The position numbers were made by a program, and so were the translations under genes. This document shows positions 46,765 through 56,483 of a DNA stretch of 64,000 nt, piece by piece (position 1 is the first letter of the stretch; each line of letters starts with the position of its first letter). The DNA lies in contig CAYJVR010000002.1 in assembly GCA_964373715.1 (NCBI GenBank), positions 246,937 through 310,936 of the forward strand, read 5' to 3'. The notes beneath the pieces were generated by a model. That model was not told where the DNA came from and did not search any database. It was given only the letters and a program-made list of their open reading frames with translations. The stretch comes from an uncultured Planctomycetia bacterium. Lineage in GTDB: Bacteria > Omnitrophota > Gorgyraeia > 1-14-0-20-64-10.

Positions 46765-49059
46765 ATGAAGAAGAAGACATCCGAAGAGAACGGCGAAACA
46801 ACCCCGAAAGCGCCCGCTAAGGCGAAGGCTTCGGCGAAAAAGACAGCGGCTCCGCCCGCGGTAGAGCCTCCGGCCGCGCCGAAAACTTCCGTGAAAAAGA
46901 AAGAGGTTCCCGCCGCGGCGGAATCTTCCGTTAAACCGAAAGGTCCGGCGAAGAAGGGCGCGGCGCTGGTCATCGTCGAGTCGCCGACAAAGGCGAGGAC
47001 GCTCGACCGGTTTCTCGGCAGCGCGTACAAAGTCATTGCCTCGCTCGGCCATGTGATGGATCTGCCGTCCAGCCAGTTCGGCGTCGATTTGGAGAACAAC
47101 TTCACGCCGAAATACATCGTCATATTCAAAAAGAGAAAGATGGTCAAGGAGCTCAAGGAGACCGCTAAGAAATTTAAGGAGCTTTATCTTGCCACCGACC
47201 CTGACCGGGAAGGGGAGGCGATCTCAGCCCACCTGGCGACTGTTTTGGGGGCCGGCAAAAAAGTCTACCGGGCGGAGTTCCATGAGATCACTCCGGAAGC
47301 CATTAAGCACGCATTTGAAAATCCGCGCGAGATCAACACCCACAAGGTCGAAGCTCAGCAGGCGAGGCGCATCCTGGATCGTATCGTCGGCTACAGCCTC
47401 TCCCCTTTGCTGTGGAAGAAAGTCGGCACCGGGTTGAGCGCCGGCCGCGTCCAGTCGGTGGCGCTTAAGCTGATCGTGGATCGGGAACGGGAAATCCGGG
47501 CTTTCGTCCCGCAGGAGTATTGGGAGATTATCGTCACCCTGACCAAGCTCCGGCCTGAGGCGAAAGGGCCGGACAGCTTCACCGCTTCTCTGGAAACGGT
47601 CGATGGGAAAAAAGCAGAACTGAAGAAAGAAGGAATGGCGCTTCCTCTCGTCGAAGAGATGAAAAAAGCGGCTTTTATTGTTTCCAACGTCACGAAGAAG
47701 GGGACGCAGAGGCACCCGTCGCCGCCATTCACCACAAGCACCCTTCAGCAGGATGCGTTCAATAAAATCGGTTTCTCCGCCGGGCGGACGATGCGGGTCG
47801 CCCAGCAGCTTTATGAAGGGATTGATCTGGGGGCGGAGGGTCCGGTCGGTTTGATCACCTACATGCGGACCGACTCGGTCAATGTGGCCGCCGAAGCGCA
47901 GGCGCAGGCCAAAAGCTTCATCGAAAAGCGGTTTGGCAAAGAGTACCTGCCGGAGGCCCCGCGGAAGTATAAGTCGAAAAAAGGGGCCCAGGAGGCGCAC
48001 GAAGCGATCCGGCCCAGCGGTATCGGCCGGACGCCGGAGATGATCAAAGGTTTCTTGACCCCGGAACAGCTTAAGCTTTACACGCTGATCTGGAACAGGT
48101 TCATCGCCAGCCAGATGGCCTCCGCGAAAATGGAGCTGACCAGCGTGGATATCGCCGCGGGCCGCTACGGGTTCCGGGCCTCCGGAACCCGGGTCCTGTT
48201 CCCAGGCTTTCTCCAGGTGATCCGCCCCGAAGAGGAGGCGGAGGAAAAAGCCCAGGAGAAGGAACGGGAGAAGTCAGGGGAAAAACCGGAGGAATCCTCC
48301 AAATCCGGGTCGCAGATCCTCCCTGAGCTGGAGAAAGGGGAAAAGCTCAAAGCTTTGAAAATAGACCCGAGCCAGCATTTCACCAAGCCTCCGGCCCGGT
48401 ACACCGAAGCGTCACTTATCCGGACGATGGAAGAGCTCGGGATAGGCCGCCCTTCCACCTATGCGCCGACGATCATGGTTATTTCAAACCGGGGTTATGT
48501 GAACCGGCAAGGAAGGGCCCTCATCCCCGCGGAGCTTGGGGAGACCGTTACCGATTTGTTGTCTCAGCATTTCCCGAAAGTTTTGGATGTCCAGTTTACC
48601 GCCCGGATGGAAGAAGAGTTGGACCGGGTGGAAGAGGGATCCCAGCCGTGGGCTTCCTGCGTCAAGGAATTCTATGAGCCGTTTGCCGAAGCCTTGAAGG
48701 CGGCCGCCACGGAGATGCAGTCGGTGAAGAGGGACCCCGAGCCGACCGGCGAGATGTGTCCCCAGTGCGGCAAGGAGATCGTGATCAAATGGGGGAGGAA
48801 CGGCAGGTTCATGAGCTGTTCAGCCTTTCCCGCTTGCCGTTACGCGAAGGCGATCCCGACCGGCGTCAAGTGTCCCGAGCCGGGTTGCGGCGGCGATCTT
48901 GTGCAGAGGCGTTCCCGGCGCGGGATCTTCTACGGGTGTTCCAATTATCCCAACTGCCGGCACATCGAGCGGACGCTTCCCGCCCAGGCGTCCGCCGAAG
49001 CGGTGCCGGCCCCCAAGGATGGGCCGGCCCCTGCGGAGGGGGAATCTGGAAATCCGTGA
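46765..49059 (+). CDS. topA: DNA topoisomerase I with an N-terminal Lys/Ala/Pro-rich tail
   Basis: ~70-aa AKP-rich N-terminal extension, then TOPRIM (ALVIVESPTKARTL), catalytic Tyr region, and two C4 zinc ribbons (CPQCG...CSAFPACRY, CPEPGCGG...CSNYPNCRH). Confidence 0.9.
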   Translation: MKKKTSEENGETTPKAPAKAKASAKKTAAPPAVEPPAAPKTSVKKKEVPAAAESSVKPKGPAKKGAALVIVESPTKARTLDRFLGSAYKVIASLGHVMDLPSSQFGVDLENNFTPKYIVIFKKRKMVKELKETAKKFKELYLATDPDREGEAISAHLATVLGAGKKVYRAEFHEITPEAIKHAFENPREINTHKVEAQQARRILDRIVGYSLSPLLWKKVGTGLSAGRVQSVALKLIVDREREIRAFVPQEYWEIIVTLTKLRPEAKGPDSFTASLETVDGKKAELKKEGMALPLVEEMKKAAFIVSNVTKKGTQRHPSPPFTTSTLQQDAFNKIGFSAGRTMRVAQQLYEGIDLGAEGPVGLITYMRTDSVNVAAEAQAQAKSFIEKRFGKEYLPEAPRKYKSKKGAQEAHEAIRPSGIGRTPEMIKGFLTPEQLKLYTLIWNRFIASQMASAKMELTSVDIAAGRYGFRASGTRVLFPGFLQVIRPEEEAEEKAQEKEREKSGEKPEESSKSGSQILPELEKGEKLKALKIDPSQHFTKPPARYTEASLIRTMEELGIGRPSTYAPTIMVISNRGYVNRQGRALIPAELGETVTDLLSQHFPKVLDVQFTARMEEELDRVEEGSQPWASCVKEFYEPFAEALKAAATEMQSVKRDPEPTGEMCPQCGKEIVIKWGRNGRFMSCSAFPACRYAKAIPTGVKCPEPGCGGDLVQRRSRRGIFYGCSNYPNCRHIERTLPAQASAEAVPAPKDGPAPAEGESGNP

Positions 49060-49090
49060 GTGATCCGGCTCCGGGAGCGGACCTTAGGCC

Positions 49091-49972
49091 GTGAGCGACG
49101 ACCGGTATATAGAAAAGTTTCTCAATTATCTCAAGGTTGAGAAAGATGCCTCCGCCCACACCCTTCGTAATTACGCGAAAGACCTGGCTCTCTTAAAGGC
49201 GGTGCTCGGGGAAACCCCGTGGGAGAAAGCGGATCTCCTCGCCTTAAGGCAGTTTGTCGCCCAGCAGAGGACCCAAGGGCTTTCCAAAGTCACGGTGGCG
49301 CGGCGTGTGGCGACAATCCGTTCCTTTTTCCGTTTCCTCTGCCGGGACGGCTACATCGCCGCCAACCCGGCGCTGGCCCTTACCCGTCCCAAACTGGATA
49401 AGAAGCTCCCCGCGTTCCTCAGCGTTGAGGAGGCGTCGAGGCTCATGGAAACGCCCGAACGGGATTCGCCCGCCCATTTAAGAGACCGGGCGATCCTCGA
49501 AACTCTCTACTCGGCCGGTCTGCGCGTGAGTGAGCTGGTGGGCCTGAAGGTGAAGGATGTGGATCTGATCAGCCAGACGGTCCGCGTGGTCGGGAAGGGC
49601 AGGAAAGAGCGGATTGTGCCGATAGGTTCCTACAGCGCCAAGGCGATCCGCGATTACCAGAAGGCTTTGGGGCCGGAGGCCTCCGAACCGGAGAAGCCGG
49701 TTTTCCAAAATCGTTTCGGCGGGCGGCTTACCGACCGTTCCGTCCGCAGGATAGTGAACCAGTACGTCTCAATAGCGAGCATTCAGCAGAAGATTTCTCC
49801 CCACGCGCTGCGGCACACCTTTGCCACCCATCTTTTGGACAAGGGGGCCGACCTTCGGTCGGTGCAGGAGCTTTTGGGCCACAGCAATCTTGCCACGACG
49901 CAGGTTTATACCCATGTCACGACGGAGCGGTTGAAGCGGGTCTATGAGTCGGCGCACCCCAGAGCGAAATGA
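49091..49972 (+). CDS. xerC: tyrosine site-specific recombinase XerC/XerD
   Basis: GTG start. N-terminal SAM-like domain. C-terminal R...HxxR...Y catalytic set (RHTFATHLL...LGHSNLATTQVYTHV). Confidence 0.85.
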   Translation: MSDDRYIEKFLNYLKVEKDASAHTLRNYAKDLALLKAVLGETPWEKADLLALRQFVAQQRTQGLSKVTVARRVATIRSFFRFLCRDGYIAANPALALTRPKLDKKLPAFLSVEEASRLMETPERDSPAHLRDRAILETLYSAGLRVSELVGLKVKDVDLISQTVRVVGKGRKERIVPIGSYSAKAIRDYQKALGPEASEPEKPVFQNRFGGRLTDRSVRRIVNQYVSIASIQQKISPHALRHTFATHLLDKGADLRSVQELLGHSNLATTQVYTHVTTERLKRVYESAHPRAK

Positions 49973-49991
49973 GGAAAGAAATGTCCTCGCA

Positions 49992-52337
49992 ATGACATCC
50001 TTTTTTCTCTTCCTTTATCAACTCGGGCTGCTGCCGTTCGGGCTGGCCTACCTGCTACTGCGCTTGCTCCGCGGGCGGGGCGTGCCGGGCTGGCGCCAAC
50101 GCCTGGGGATTTATTCTCCCGAGGTGAAAAAGGCGCTCGTCGCTCTCGACGGCCCGGTCTGGATCCACATGGTAAGCGTCGGCGAAGTGCTCGGCGGGGA
50201 ACGCCTCATCCAGGAACTGCGCGCGCTGAAACCTGAGATGCCGTGGGTCATCACCACGACGACGTCGACCGGCCGGTCTGTCGCGGAAAAACTTGTCCGA
50301 GGGAATCATGACCAGTTGATTTATCTCCCCTGGGACCTCGGTTTCGCCGTCCGGCGGGCTGTGGAGGCGGTCCGGCCGTCCCTCTTTATCTGTTTTGAGA
50401 CGGAGCTGTGGCCGGTTCTGTTCCACCGGCTCGCGGCGTCGGGGGTTCCGATCGCAGTTGTTAACGGCCGGATTTCCCCCAATGCGTATAAAAAATATCT
50501 CTGGGTTCGCCCTTTCATGGAGATTTTTCTCAAGCCGGTCCGGCTGTTCCTCGTGCAGAGCCCGCAGGATGCCAGGCGTTATGCCGGAGTGGGTGCTTCC
50601 AAGGACCGTGTTGTTGTAACCGGCAACATCAAATGGGATTTGAACCCGGAAGAGGCGTCCGGCGCCAACGGTCAGCCGGATCTCCGCGTTTTGTTGGGAC
50701 TTGCCCCGCGTGATCTTTTATGGACGGCCGGCTCGACCCATTCGGGCGAAGAGGAGATCCTTTTCAAAACATACCAGCGGTTGAAGCCGGTCCATCCGGG
50801 TCTGCGGCTGCTCATCGCTCCCCGTCATCCTGAACGGGTGGCCGAAGTGGAGCGGATGGCCGCGGTCTTGGGGATCACGACGGTCAGGAAGTCCGGACTG
50901 GGGAGTGAAGGGCAGGAGACAGGGGGCAGGGAGCAGGGGGCGGGGGGCGAGGTTATCCTGCTCGATACTCTGGGTGAGTTGAAATCCTTCTATCAGGTAA
51001 GCGATTTGGTTTTTGTCGGCGGTTCGCTGGTCCCTCGGGGGGGGCACAACCTCGTTGAACCGGCCGCTTTCCGCAGGCCGATCCTCACCGGTCCGCATCT
51101 GCATAATTTCGCCAATATGGCTGAGCTTCTCGCGCAGGCCGGGGGGATCGCCGTCGTGAAATCTCCGGAAGAATTGGAGCGGCAGGTGAAAAACCTGGTC
51201 GAGAACCCGCGCCGGCGCCAGGAGCTGGGGGACCGGGCTTTCACGGTGATCGCCCAGAACAAGGGAGCCACCGCGAAGACAGCCCAACTTCTCCTTCGGC
51301 TGCGCTCAGGACAGGTGTCGAAGAGCCGCGGCGGAGATTCTCCGATGATCACGGGACTCCTTTCCGCCGGGGAGTCGGTTTACCGGACCGGCCTGAAGGT
51401 TGTAAATAAGGCGTACAAATCTCATTGGCTGAAGACCCACACTCTGCCCGCCCAGCTGGTCAGCGTTGGGAACCTGACCTGGGGAGGGACCGGCAAGACC
51501 CCGATGGTCCTCCATCTGGCCAAGGTTTTCAGCGGCATGGGCCGGCGCGTCGCTGTTCTGACGCGAGGATACGGCGGGGATGAAGAAAAACTTCTGAGCG
51601 GCCGGCTGGCTCCGATCCCGGTGCTGGTGAATCCCGACAGGATCGCTTCCGGGCAAAAAGCGGTTCGGGAATTCGGAGCCGACCTTGTGCTGCTGGACGA
51701 CGGCTACCAGCAGTGGCGGCTCAAAAAAGATGTCGAGATCCTGATGGTCAACGCGGAGGCTCCGTTCGGCAACGGGCATCTGATCCCGCGGGGCACTCTG
51801 CGAGAGCCGTCCGCCGCCGCCGGCCGGGCCGACATCATCGTGATTAAGGCGGAAACCGGCTCTCTTGATCTGGCGCGGCAGGCGGAGGAACAGATACGCC
51901 TCCACAATAAAACGGCGCCGGTTTTTGTCGCGGTCTATAAACCGGTTTCTTTGTCAGCGTGGCCGCTGGGGGAGAAGGTCCCCCTTAAAGTTATAAAAAA
52001 GAGCACGATCTGTTCCCTCGCCGGAATCGCCAAGCCGGAGCAGTTCGAAACTGAGTTGAAACGGCTCGGCGCGGAGATCGCGCTTAGGTGCCGGGTCGGG
52101 GACCACCACCCGTATTCGGCCGGTGAGCTGATCCGGATTTTCAGCCGGTGCCGGCGCCATGGGATCAACCGGTTGGTGACCACCGCGAAAGACGCGGTCC
52201 GTTTCCCGGCTCTTTTGACGAAGACGCTTGGCGCCGATTTAAAAGGGATGGAGATATTGGTTTTGGAAGTGGATTTGGAGTTTGAACCTGATGAAAGCCA
52301 GCTTTTACACAGAATCAATTCTTTACTGGTTCGCTAG
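49992..52337 (+). CDS. waaA-lpxK: bifunctional fusion: Kdo transferase WaaA (N-terminal ~445 aa) plus tetraacyldisaccharide 4'-kinase LpxK (C-terminal ~335 aa)
   Basis: N-terminal half has the WaaA N-domain (PVWIHMVSVGEV) and GT-B C-domain. C-terminal half starts near aa 450 with the LpxK P-loop (VGNLTWGGTGKTPMV) and DDGYQ motif. Continuous frame, no internal stop. Confidence 0.8.
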   Translation: MTSFFLFLYQLGLLPFGLAYLLLRLLRGRGVPGWRQRLGIYSPEVKKALVALDGPVWIHMVSVGEVLGGERLIQELRALKPEMPWVITTTTSTGRSVAEKLVRGNHDQLIYLPWDLGFAVRRAVEAVRPSLFICFETELWPVLFHRLAASGVPIAVVNGRISPNAYKKYLWVRPFMEIFLKPVRLFLVQSPQDARRYAGVGASKDRVVVTGNIKWDLNPEEASGANGQPDLRVLLGLAPRDLLWTAGSTHSGEEEILFKTYQRLKPVHPGLRLLIAPRHPERVAEVERMAAVLGITTVRKSGLGSEGQETGGREQGAGGEVILLDTLGELKSFYQVSDLVFVGGSLVPRGGHNLVEPAAFRRPILTGPHLHNFANMAELLAQAGGIAVVKSPEELERQVKNLVENPRRRQELGDRAFTVIAQNKGATAKTAQLLLRLRSGQVSKSRGGDSPMITGLLSAGESVYRTGLKVVNKAYKSHWLKTHTLPAQLVSVGNLTWGGTGKTPMVLHLAKVFSGMGRRVAVLTRGYGGDEEKLLSGRLAPIPVLVNPDRIASGQKAVREFGADLVLLDDGYQQWRLKKDVEILMVNAEAPFGNGHLIPRGTLREPSAAAGRADIIVIKAETGSLDLARQAEEQIRLHNKTAPVFVAVYKPVSLSAWPLGEKVPLKVIKKSTICSLAGIAKPEQFETELKRLGAEIALRCRVGDHHPYSAGELIRIFSRCRRHGINRLVTTAKDAVRFPALLTKTLGADLKGMEILVLEVDLEFEPDESQLLHRINSLLVR
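50900..50952 (+). repeat. G-run motif inside the WaaA domain
   Basis: GGGCAGGAGACAGGGGGCAGGGAGCAGGGGGCGGGGGGCGAGG. Encodes the loop EGQETGGREQGAGGE. Confidence 0.55.
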
Positions 52338-54318
52338 GGGGCTCAGCGCGGGGGCGCAGAGGCTTCCGGCCCGCTGGAACGTTGCTTTCGGGGCGGCAGC
52401 CGGGACCCTGATCTACCGCCTGTTGTCCCGTCGGCGGGCCGTCGCCCTGTCGAATCTCCGGGCTGCTTTCGGCGATTCCTACTCCCCGGAAGAGTACCAG
52501 CGGATATTAAAACAGCTCTTCCAAAATCTCGGGATGCAGCTGATGGAGGTGGCGGCGATCCCGGCGGTGGATAAGAGGTATATCGACAGGTGGGTGACGG
52601 TCGCCCCCGGAAGCCGTGAGCGGCTTGAAAGGGAACTGGCTAAAGGCAAGGGGGTCATCTTTCTCACGGGGCATTTCGGCAACTGGGAGTTGATCCCGAT
52701 CACCGGGGTGATGCACGGGTTCCCGACGCTTGTTTTGGCGCGCGAGCAGGGCTGGCCGAAACTCAACCGGCTGCTGACCAGTTACCGGGAATCGAAGGGC
52801 TGCAAAATCATCACGAAAGGGTTCCCGGTCAGGGAGATAATACGCGGGCTTCACGAGGGAAAGATCGTCGGGATTGTCGCCGACCAGGACGCGGGACGCC
52901 ACGGGGTGCTGGCTCCCTTTTTCGGCAGACTGGCCTCGACGGCGCAGGGGGCGATGGCTTTGAGCCTGAATTCCGGCGCTCCGGTACTGCCGGTTTTTAT
53001 CGTCCGGGACAAAGGGCCGGCCCACACCATATCCATCGGAGAACCGATTGTTATCCCGCAGGCCGATTCTTCAGAGGAGCGGGTCCGGCTGGGTGTCGCC
53101 GAATTTCTTAAGGTCTTGGAGGGGACTATTCGCCGGACCCCGGGCCAGTGGCTGTGGCTGCACCGCAGGTGGAAAACCAGCCCGCAGCGGAGGGTTTTGA
53201 TTTTCAGCGATGGGAAACCGGGCCACGTCAACCAATCAAAAGCTTTTGCCGAAAAAATTGAGCAGGCATGGGCGGTTAAAACGGCGGATGACAAACGGCT
53301 CAAGGGGATGTCCCCGGGGCCGTTGATCGGCGTTGAAACCCGCGCTATCGCTTACCGGAGCCGGTTCCACAGGTTTTTTTTGGCCGCGGCGGCCGGGTAT
53401 GCTCCGAAAAAGTACCCGAAAGGGGATTTTTGGCTACGCGCCTGCTTGACGCCGGAGTCTTACCGGTCGATTTGTTCGCTGCACGCCGACATCGGGATTT
53501 CCTGCGGCGCGGCGACCGCGCCGGTGAACCTGCTGTGGTCCTGGGGGATCGGGGCGAAGGCGGCGCACATTACCCGCTCCGTCTGGCCTTCCTGGAGACG
53601 GTTCCATCTGTCGGTGATTCCCCGCCATGATCAACCTCCGGACGGAGACGTTTCCAATCTGCTTGTGATCGACGGGGCGCTTGCTCCCGGCGCGCCGGAT
53701 GAATTGCAGAGAATCCTGCAGTGGCGCCGGAAGATCGGCTTAAGCAAACAGAAGCAGATTGGTTTCCTGCTCGGAGGGCCGGCCAAGGGGATGGCGCTCA
53801 ACACCGAGGATGTTAAAAAGACGGTTGACGGGCTTATTTACGCGGCGAAACAACTGGACGCGGAGATTATCGTCACCACCTCCCGCAGAACTCCGCCGGA
53901 ATTGGAGGAGCTGGTGGAGAAGTTCCTCGGCAAGGAGGACTGCTGCCGGCTCATCGTTTTGGTGAACCGTAATAACCCCGATAAACTGGAGTCAACCTCC
54001 GAGGCGGTCTCCTGCATCCTCCGGTTGGCGCAGGTTCTGGTTGTGTCGGGAGATTCGATCTCGATGGTGTCGGAAGCGATGGCTTCTTCCAAAGCGGTCG
54101 TCTCCTTCCTTCCGGTCAGGAGCGGTTGGGCCTGGGGGCCTCTCAAACATGAGCGGTTCCTGAAACAGCTCGATTCAAACGGCCGGCTTGTGCTGGCGGA
54201 ACCGGCCGAGATGGGGCGGCGGATTGTCGCGGCGATGCATGTCAACGGGAAAAAAGAGCAGGGGCATGGAGCAGGGGGCACGGATCCTGTTGTGGAGAGG
54301 CTCGTGAAATGGCTCTAA
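52282..54318 (+). CDS. lpxL: fusion: lipid A late acyltransferase LpxL/HtrB (N-terminal ~300 aa) plus ELM1/DUF1022-like putative glycosyltransferase domain (C-terminal ~375 aa)
   Basis: LPLAT motifs FLTGHFGNWEL and the LpxL C-terminal signature WLWLHRRWKT, followed directly by VLIFSDGKPGHVNQSKAFAEKI resembling the ELM1-family N-terminus. Confidence 0.7.
   Translation: MNLMKASFYTESILYWFARGLSAGAQRLPARWNVAFGAAAGTLIYRLLSRRRAVALSNLRAAFGDSYSPEEYQRILKQLFQNLGMQLMEVAAIPAVDKRYIDRWVTVAPGSRERLERELAKGKGVIFLTGHFGNWELIPITGVMHGFPTLVLAREQGWPKLNRLLTSYRESKGCKIITKGFPVREIIRGLHEGKIVGIVADQDAGRHGVLAPFFGRLASTAQGAMALSLNSGAPVLPVFIVRDKGPAHTISIGEPIVIPQADSSEERVRLGVAEFLKVLEGTIRRTPGQWLWLHRRWKTSPQRRVLIFSDGKPGHVNQSKAFAEKIEQAWAVKTADDKRLKGMSPGPLIGVETRAIAYRSRFHRFFLAAAAGYAPKKYPKGDFWLRACLTPESYRSICSLHADIGISCGAATAPVNLLWSWGIGAKAAHITRSVWPSWRRFHLSVIPRHDQPPDGDVSNLLVIDGALAPGAPDELQRILQWRRKIGLSKQKQIGFLLGGPAKGMALNTEDVKKTVDGLIYAAKQLDAEIIVTTSRRTPPELEELVEKFLGKEDCCRLIVLVNRNNPDKLESTSEAVSCILRLAQVLVVSGDSISMVSEAMASSKAVVSFLPVRSGWAWGPLKHERFLKQLDSNGRLVLAEPAEMGRRIVAAMHVNGKKEQGHGAGGTDPVVERLVKWL
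54259..54283 (+). repeat. G-run motif at the 3' end of the lpxL-ELM1 fusion gene
   Basis: GCAGGGGCATGGAGCAGGGGGCACGG, sharing GGGGCATGG and GGGGCACGG with the lnt copy. Confidence 0.5.
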
Positions 54319-56483
54319 CGATCCTTCAACTCGTCCCAGCGCTCAGAGGGGGAGGCGTCGAGACCGGCACCGTGGATATGGCCCGGGAGCTGGTCAAGAA
54401 AGGCCACCGGGCCATCGTGATTTCCTCCGGCGGGCCGTTGGCCGAGAAAGTAGAGGAGGCCGGGGCGATCCATTACGCCCTTCCGATCCATAAAAAACTT
54501 CCCTGGACAATCCTTCCGATGGTCCAGAGAGTCGCGGAGGTGGTGGAATCCCACGGAGTGGATGTGATCCACGCCCGCTCCCGTGTTCCGGCGATCATCG
54601 GCTACTTCGCTTGGCGGCGTGTGGCGGCAAAAACCAGTTTCCGGCTCGGCGACCGGCAGAGTATCCCCTCTTTTATCACCACGGCGCACGGCTATTACGC
54701 CACCCATCCGTTCAGCAGAATAATGGGTTGGGGCAGGCTCGTGATCGCTATTTCCGAGAGGGTTGCCCGCCACATGATCGACAACTTCCGCGTGCCGGCC
54801 GAACGGATCCGGCTCATCCCGCGCGGTGTGGAGGTGAGCCGGTTCGTCTGGAAAGAGCCGCGCCGGGAGGCCCCGAGAGGGCAGTGGAACATCGGCATCA
54901 TCGGGAGGATCACGCCGATCAAAGGGCACCGGGAACTTTTGCGGGCTTACAGCATCGTGGCGAAGAATTTCCCGAGAGCAAAACTTTGGATTATCGGCGA
55001 AGCCTCGGCGGATCACCAGGGATATCTCAAAGAGCTCCATACGATCGTGGAGCGGCTCGAACTGGCCGGCAAGGTGGAGTTCCCCGGACACGATCCGGAC
55101 GTGGCGGGCCGCCTCGCCCAGATGGATCTGGTCGTGGTCCCCTCCGTCGGGCAGGAGGCGTTCGGCCGTGTGCTGATTGAGGCGGGCGCCTCCGGTGTTC
55201 CGGTGGTGGCCAGCACCGCCGGCGGCATGGGGGAGGTGATCGTCGACAAAAAAACAGGCCTGCTCGTCCCTCCCGGCGACCCGATGGCGCTGGCCTCGGC
55301 GATGACGGTCCTCTTAAAAGACAGGGCCCTGGCTCTGGAGCTTTCCCGCCAGGCCCGCAAGAGGGTTGAAACGGTTTTCCCGCTGGACCGGATGGTGGAG
55401 AGCACCCTTTTGGCCTACAAGGAGAGTTCCGAATCTTTGCGGATCCTCGCGATCAAGATAAGCGCGATCGGCGATATTGTTTTGGTGACCCCCTCTTTAC
55501 GGGCGCTGCGTGAGAGGTTCCCCAAAGCGCACATGACACTGCTCGTCGGCAGGGAGGGCAGAGAACTGATGCACCGCTGCCCGTATATCAACGAGCTGAT
55601 TGTTTTCGACAAGGCGAGGGACGGGACGGTCCCCGGCCTTCTCAAGCTCGGCAAAAAGTTTCGCCAAGCCCAGGTGGACATTGTGGTCGATTTCCAGAAC
55701 AACCGGATGAGCCACTGGCTCGGCTGGCTCAGCCAAGCTCCCCAGCGGTACGGCTACGCCGGCCGCCGGTGGAGCCGGCTGCTGACCCACCGGGCACTGC
55801 ACCCAAAAGTCTCGATGCCGCCGGTGGAGCATCAGTTCCAACTGTTGAAGCTGCTCGGCATAGAGGGGGCTTCCGTCCGGCTGGAGCTGTGGCCCGGCCC
55901 TCTCGATGAGGCGAAAGCAGGGGAACTCCTCGCCGGGTCGTGGGCCGCCGAAACACAGCATCTTGTGGTGCTCCATCCCGGCACCCACCCGAAATGGATT
56001 TCCAAAAGGTGGCCGGTGGAGCGCTACGCCCAGCTGATTGACCGGCTCGCCGAAAACGCGAACGCCCGCGCGGTGATCACCGGCTCTTCCGACGACCGGC
56101 CTTTGGCCGAGGAAATTTACAGGCTTTCCAACGTCAAGCCGATTCTTGCCGTCGGGATGACATCGCTCAACGAGCTGGCCGCCCTTATCAAGCAGGCCCG
56201 GGTTTTTGTCAGCGGGGATACCGCCCCGCTTCATCTGGCGGCCGCCGTCGAGACGCCGGTGGTGGCTCTGTTTGGCTCGACGGATCCGAACAGACATCTG
56301 CCACCGAGCCCCGCCGTGAGGCTGCTGAAGAAACAGCTGCCCTGCTCTCCCTGTTACCGGGGCACCTGCTACCGGAAAGGGTCCGGCTACATGGAGTGCA
56401 TGAAATTAATCTCCGTCGAGGAAACGGCCGAGGCGGTTTCCAGCTTCTTGAAGGAGCCCCCTTCGAAGCTGGTCTTCTCATGA
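54309..56483 (+). CDS. fusion glycosyltransferase: GT4 (N-terminal ~375 aa) plus GT9 ADP-heptose:LPS heptosyltransferase (C-terminal ~350 aa)
   Basis: GT4 region with the E-X7-E-like C-domain (GEASADHQGY...EAFGRVLIEAGASGVPVVAS). GT9 region starts RILAIKISAIGDIVLVTPSLRALRERFP and has the C-terminal GDTAPLHLAAA motif. Confidence 0.7.
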   Translation: MALTILQLVPALRGGGVETGTVDMARELVKKGHRAIVISSGGPLAEKVEEAGAIHYALPIHKKLPWTILPMVQRVAEVVESHGVDVIHARSRVPAIIGYFAWRRVAAKTSFRLGDRQSIPSFITTAHGYYATHPFSRIMGWGRLVIAISERVARHMIDNFRVPAERIRLIPRGVEVSRFVWKEPRREAPRGQWNIGIIGRITPIKGHRELLRAYSIVAKNFPRAKLWIIGEASADHQGYLKELHTIVERLELAGKVEFPGHDPDVAGRLAQMDLVVVPSVGQEAFGRVLIEAGASGVPVVASTAGGMGEVIVDKKTGLLVPPGDPMALASAMTVLLKDRALALELSRQARKRVETVFPLDRMVESTLLAYKESSESLRILAIKISAIGDIVLVTPSLRALRERFPKAHMTLLVGREGRELMHRCPYINELIVFDKARDGTVPGLLKLGKKFRQAQVDIVVDFQNNRMSHWLGWLSQAPQRYGYAGRRWSRLLTHRALHPKVSMPPVEHQFQLLKLLGIEGASVRLELWPGPLDEAKAGELLAGSWAAETQHLVVLHPGTHPKWISKRWPVERYAQLIDRLAENANARAVITGSSDDRPLAEEIYRLSNVKPILAVGMTSLNELAALIKQARVFVSGDTAPLHLAAAVETPVVALFGSTDPNRHLPPSPAVRLLKKQLPCSPCYRGTCYRKGSGYMECMKLISVEETAEAVSSFLKEPPSKLVFS

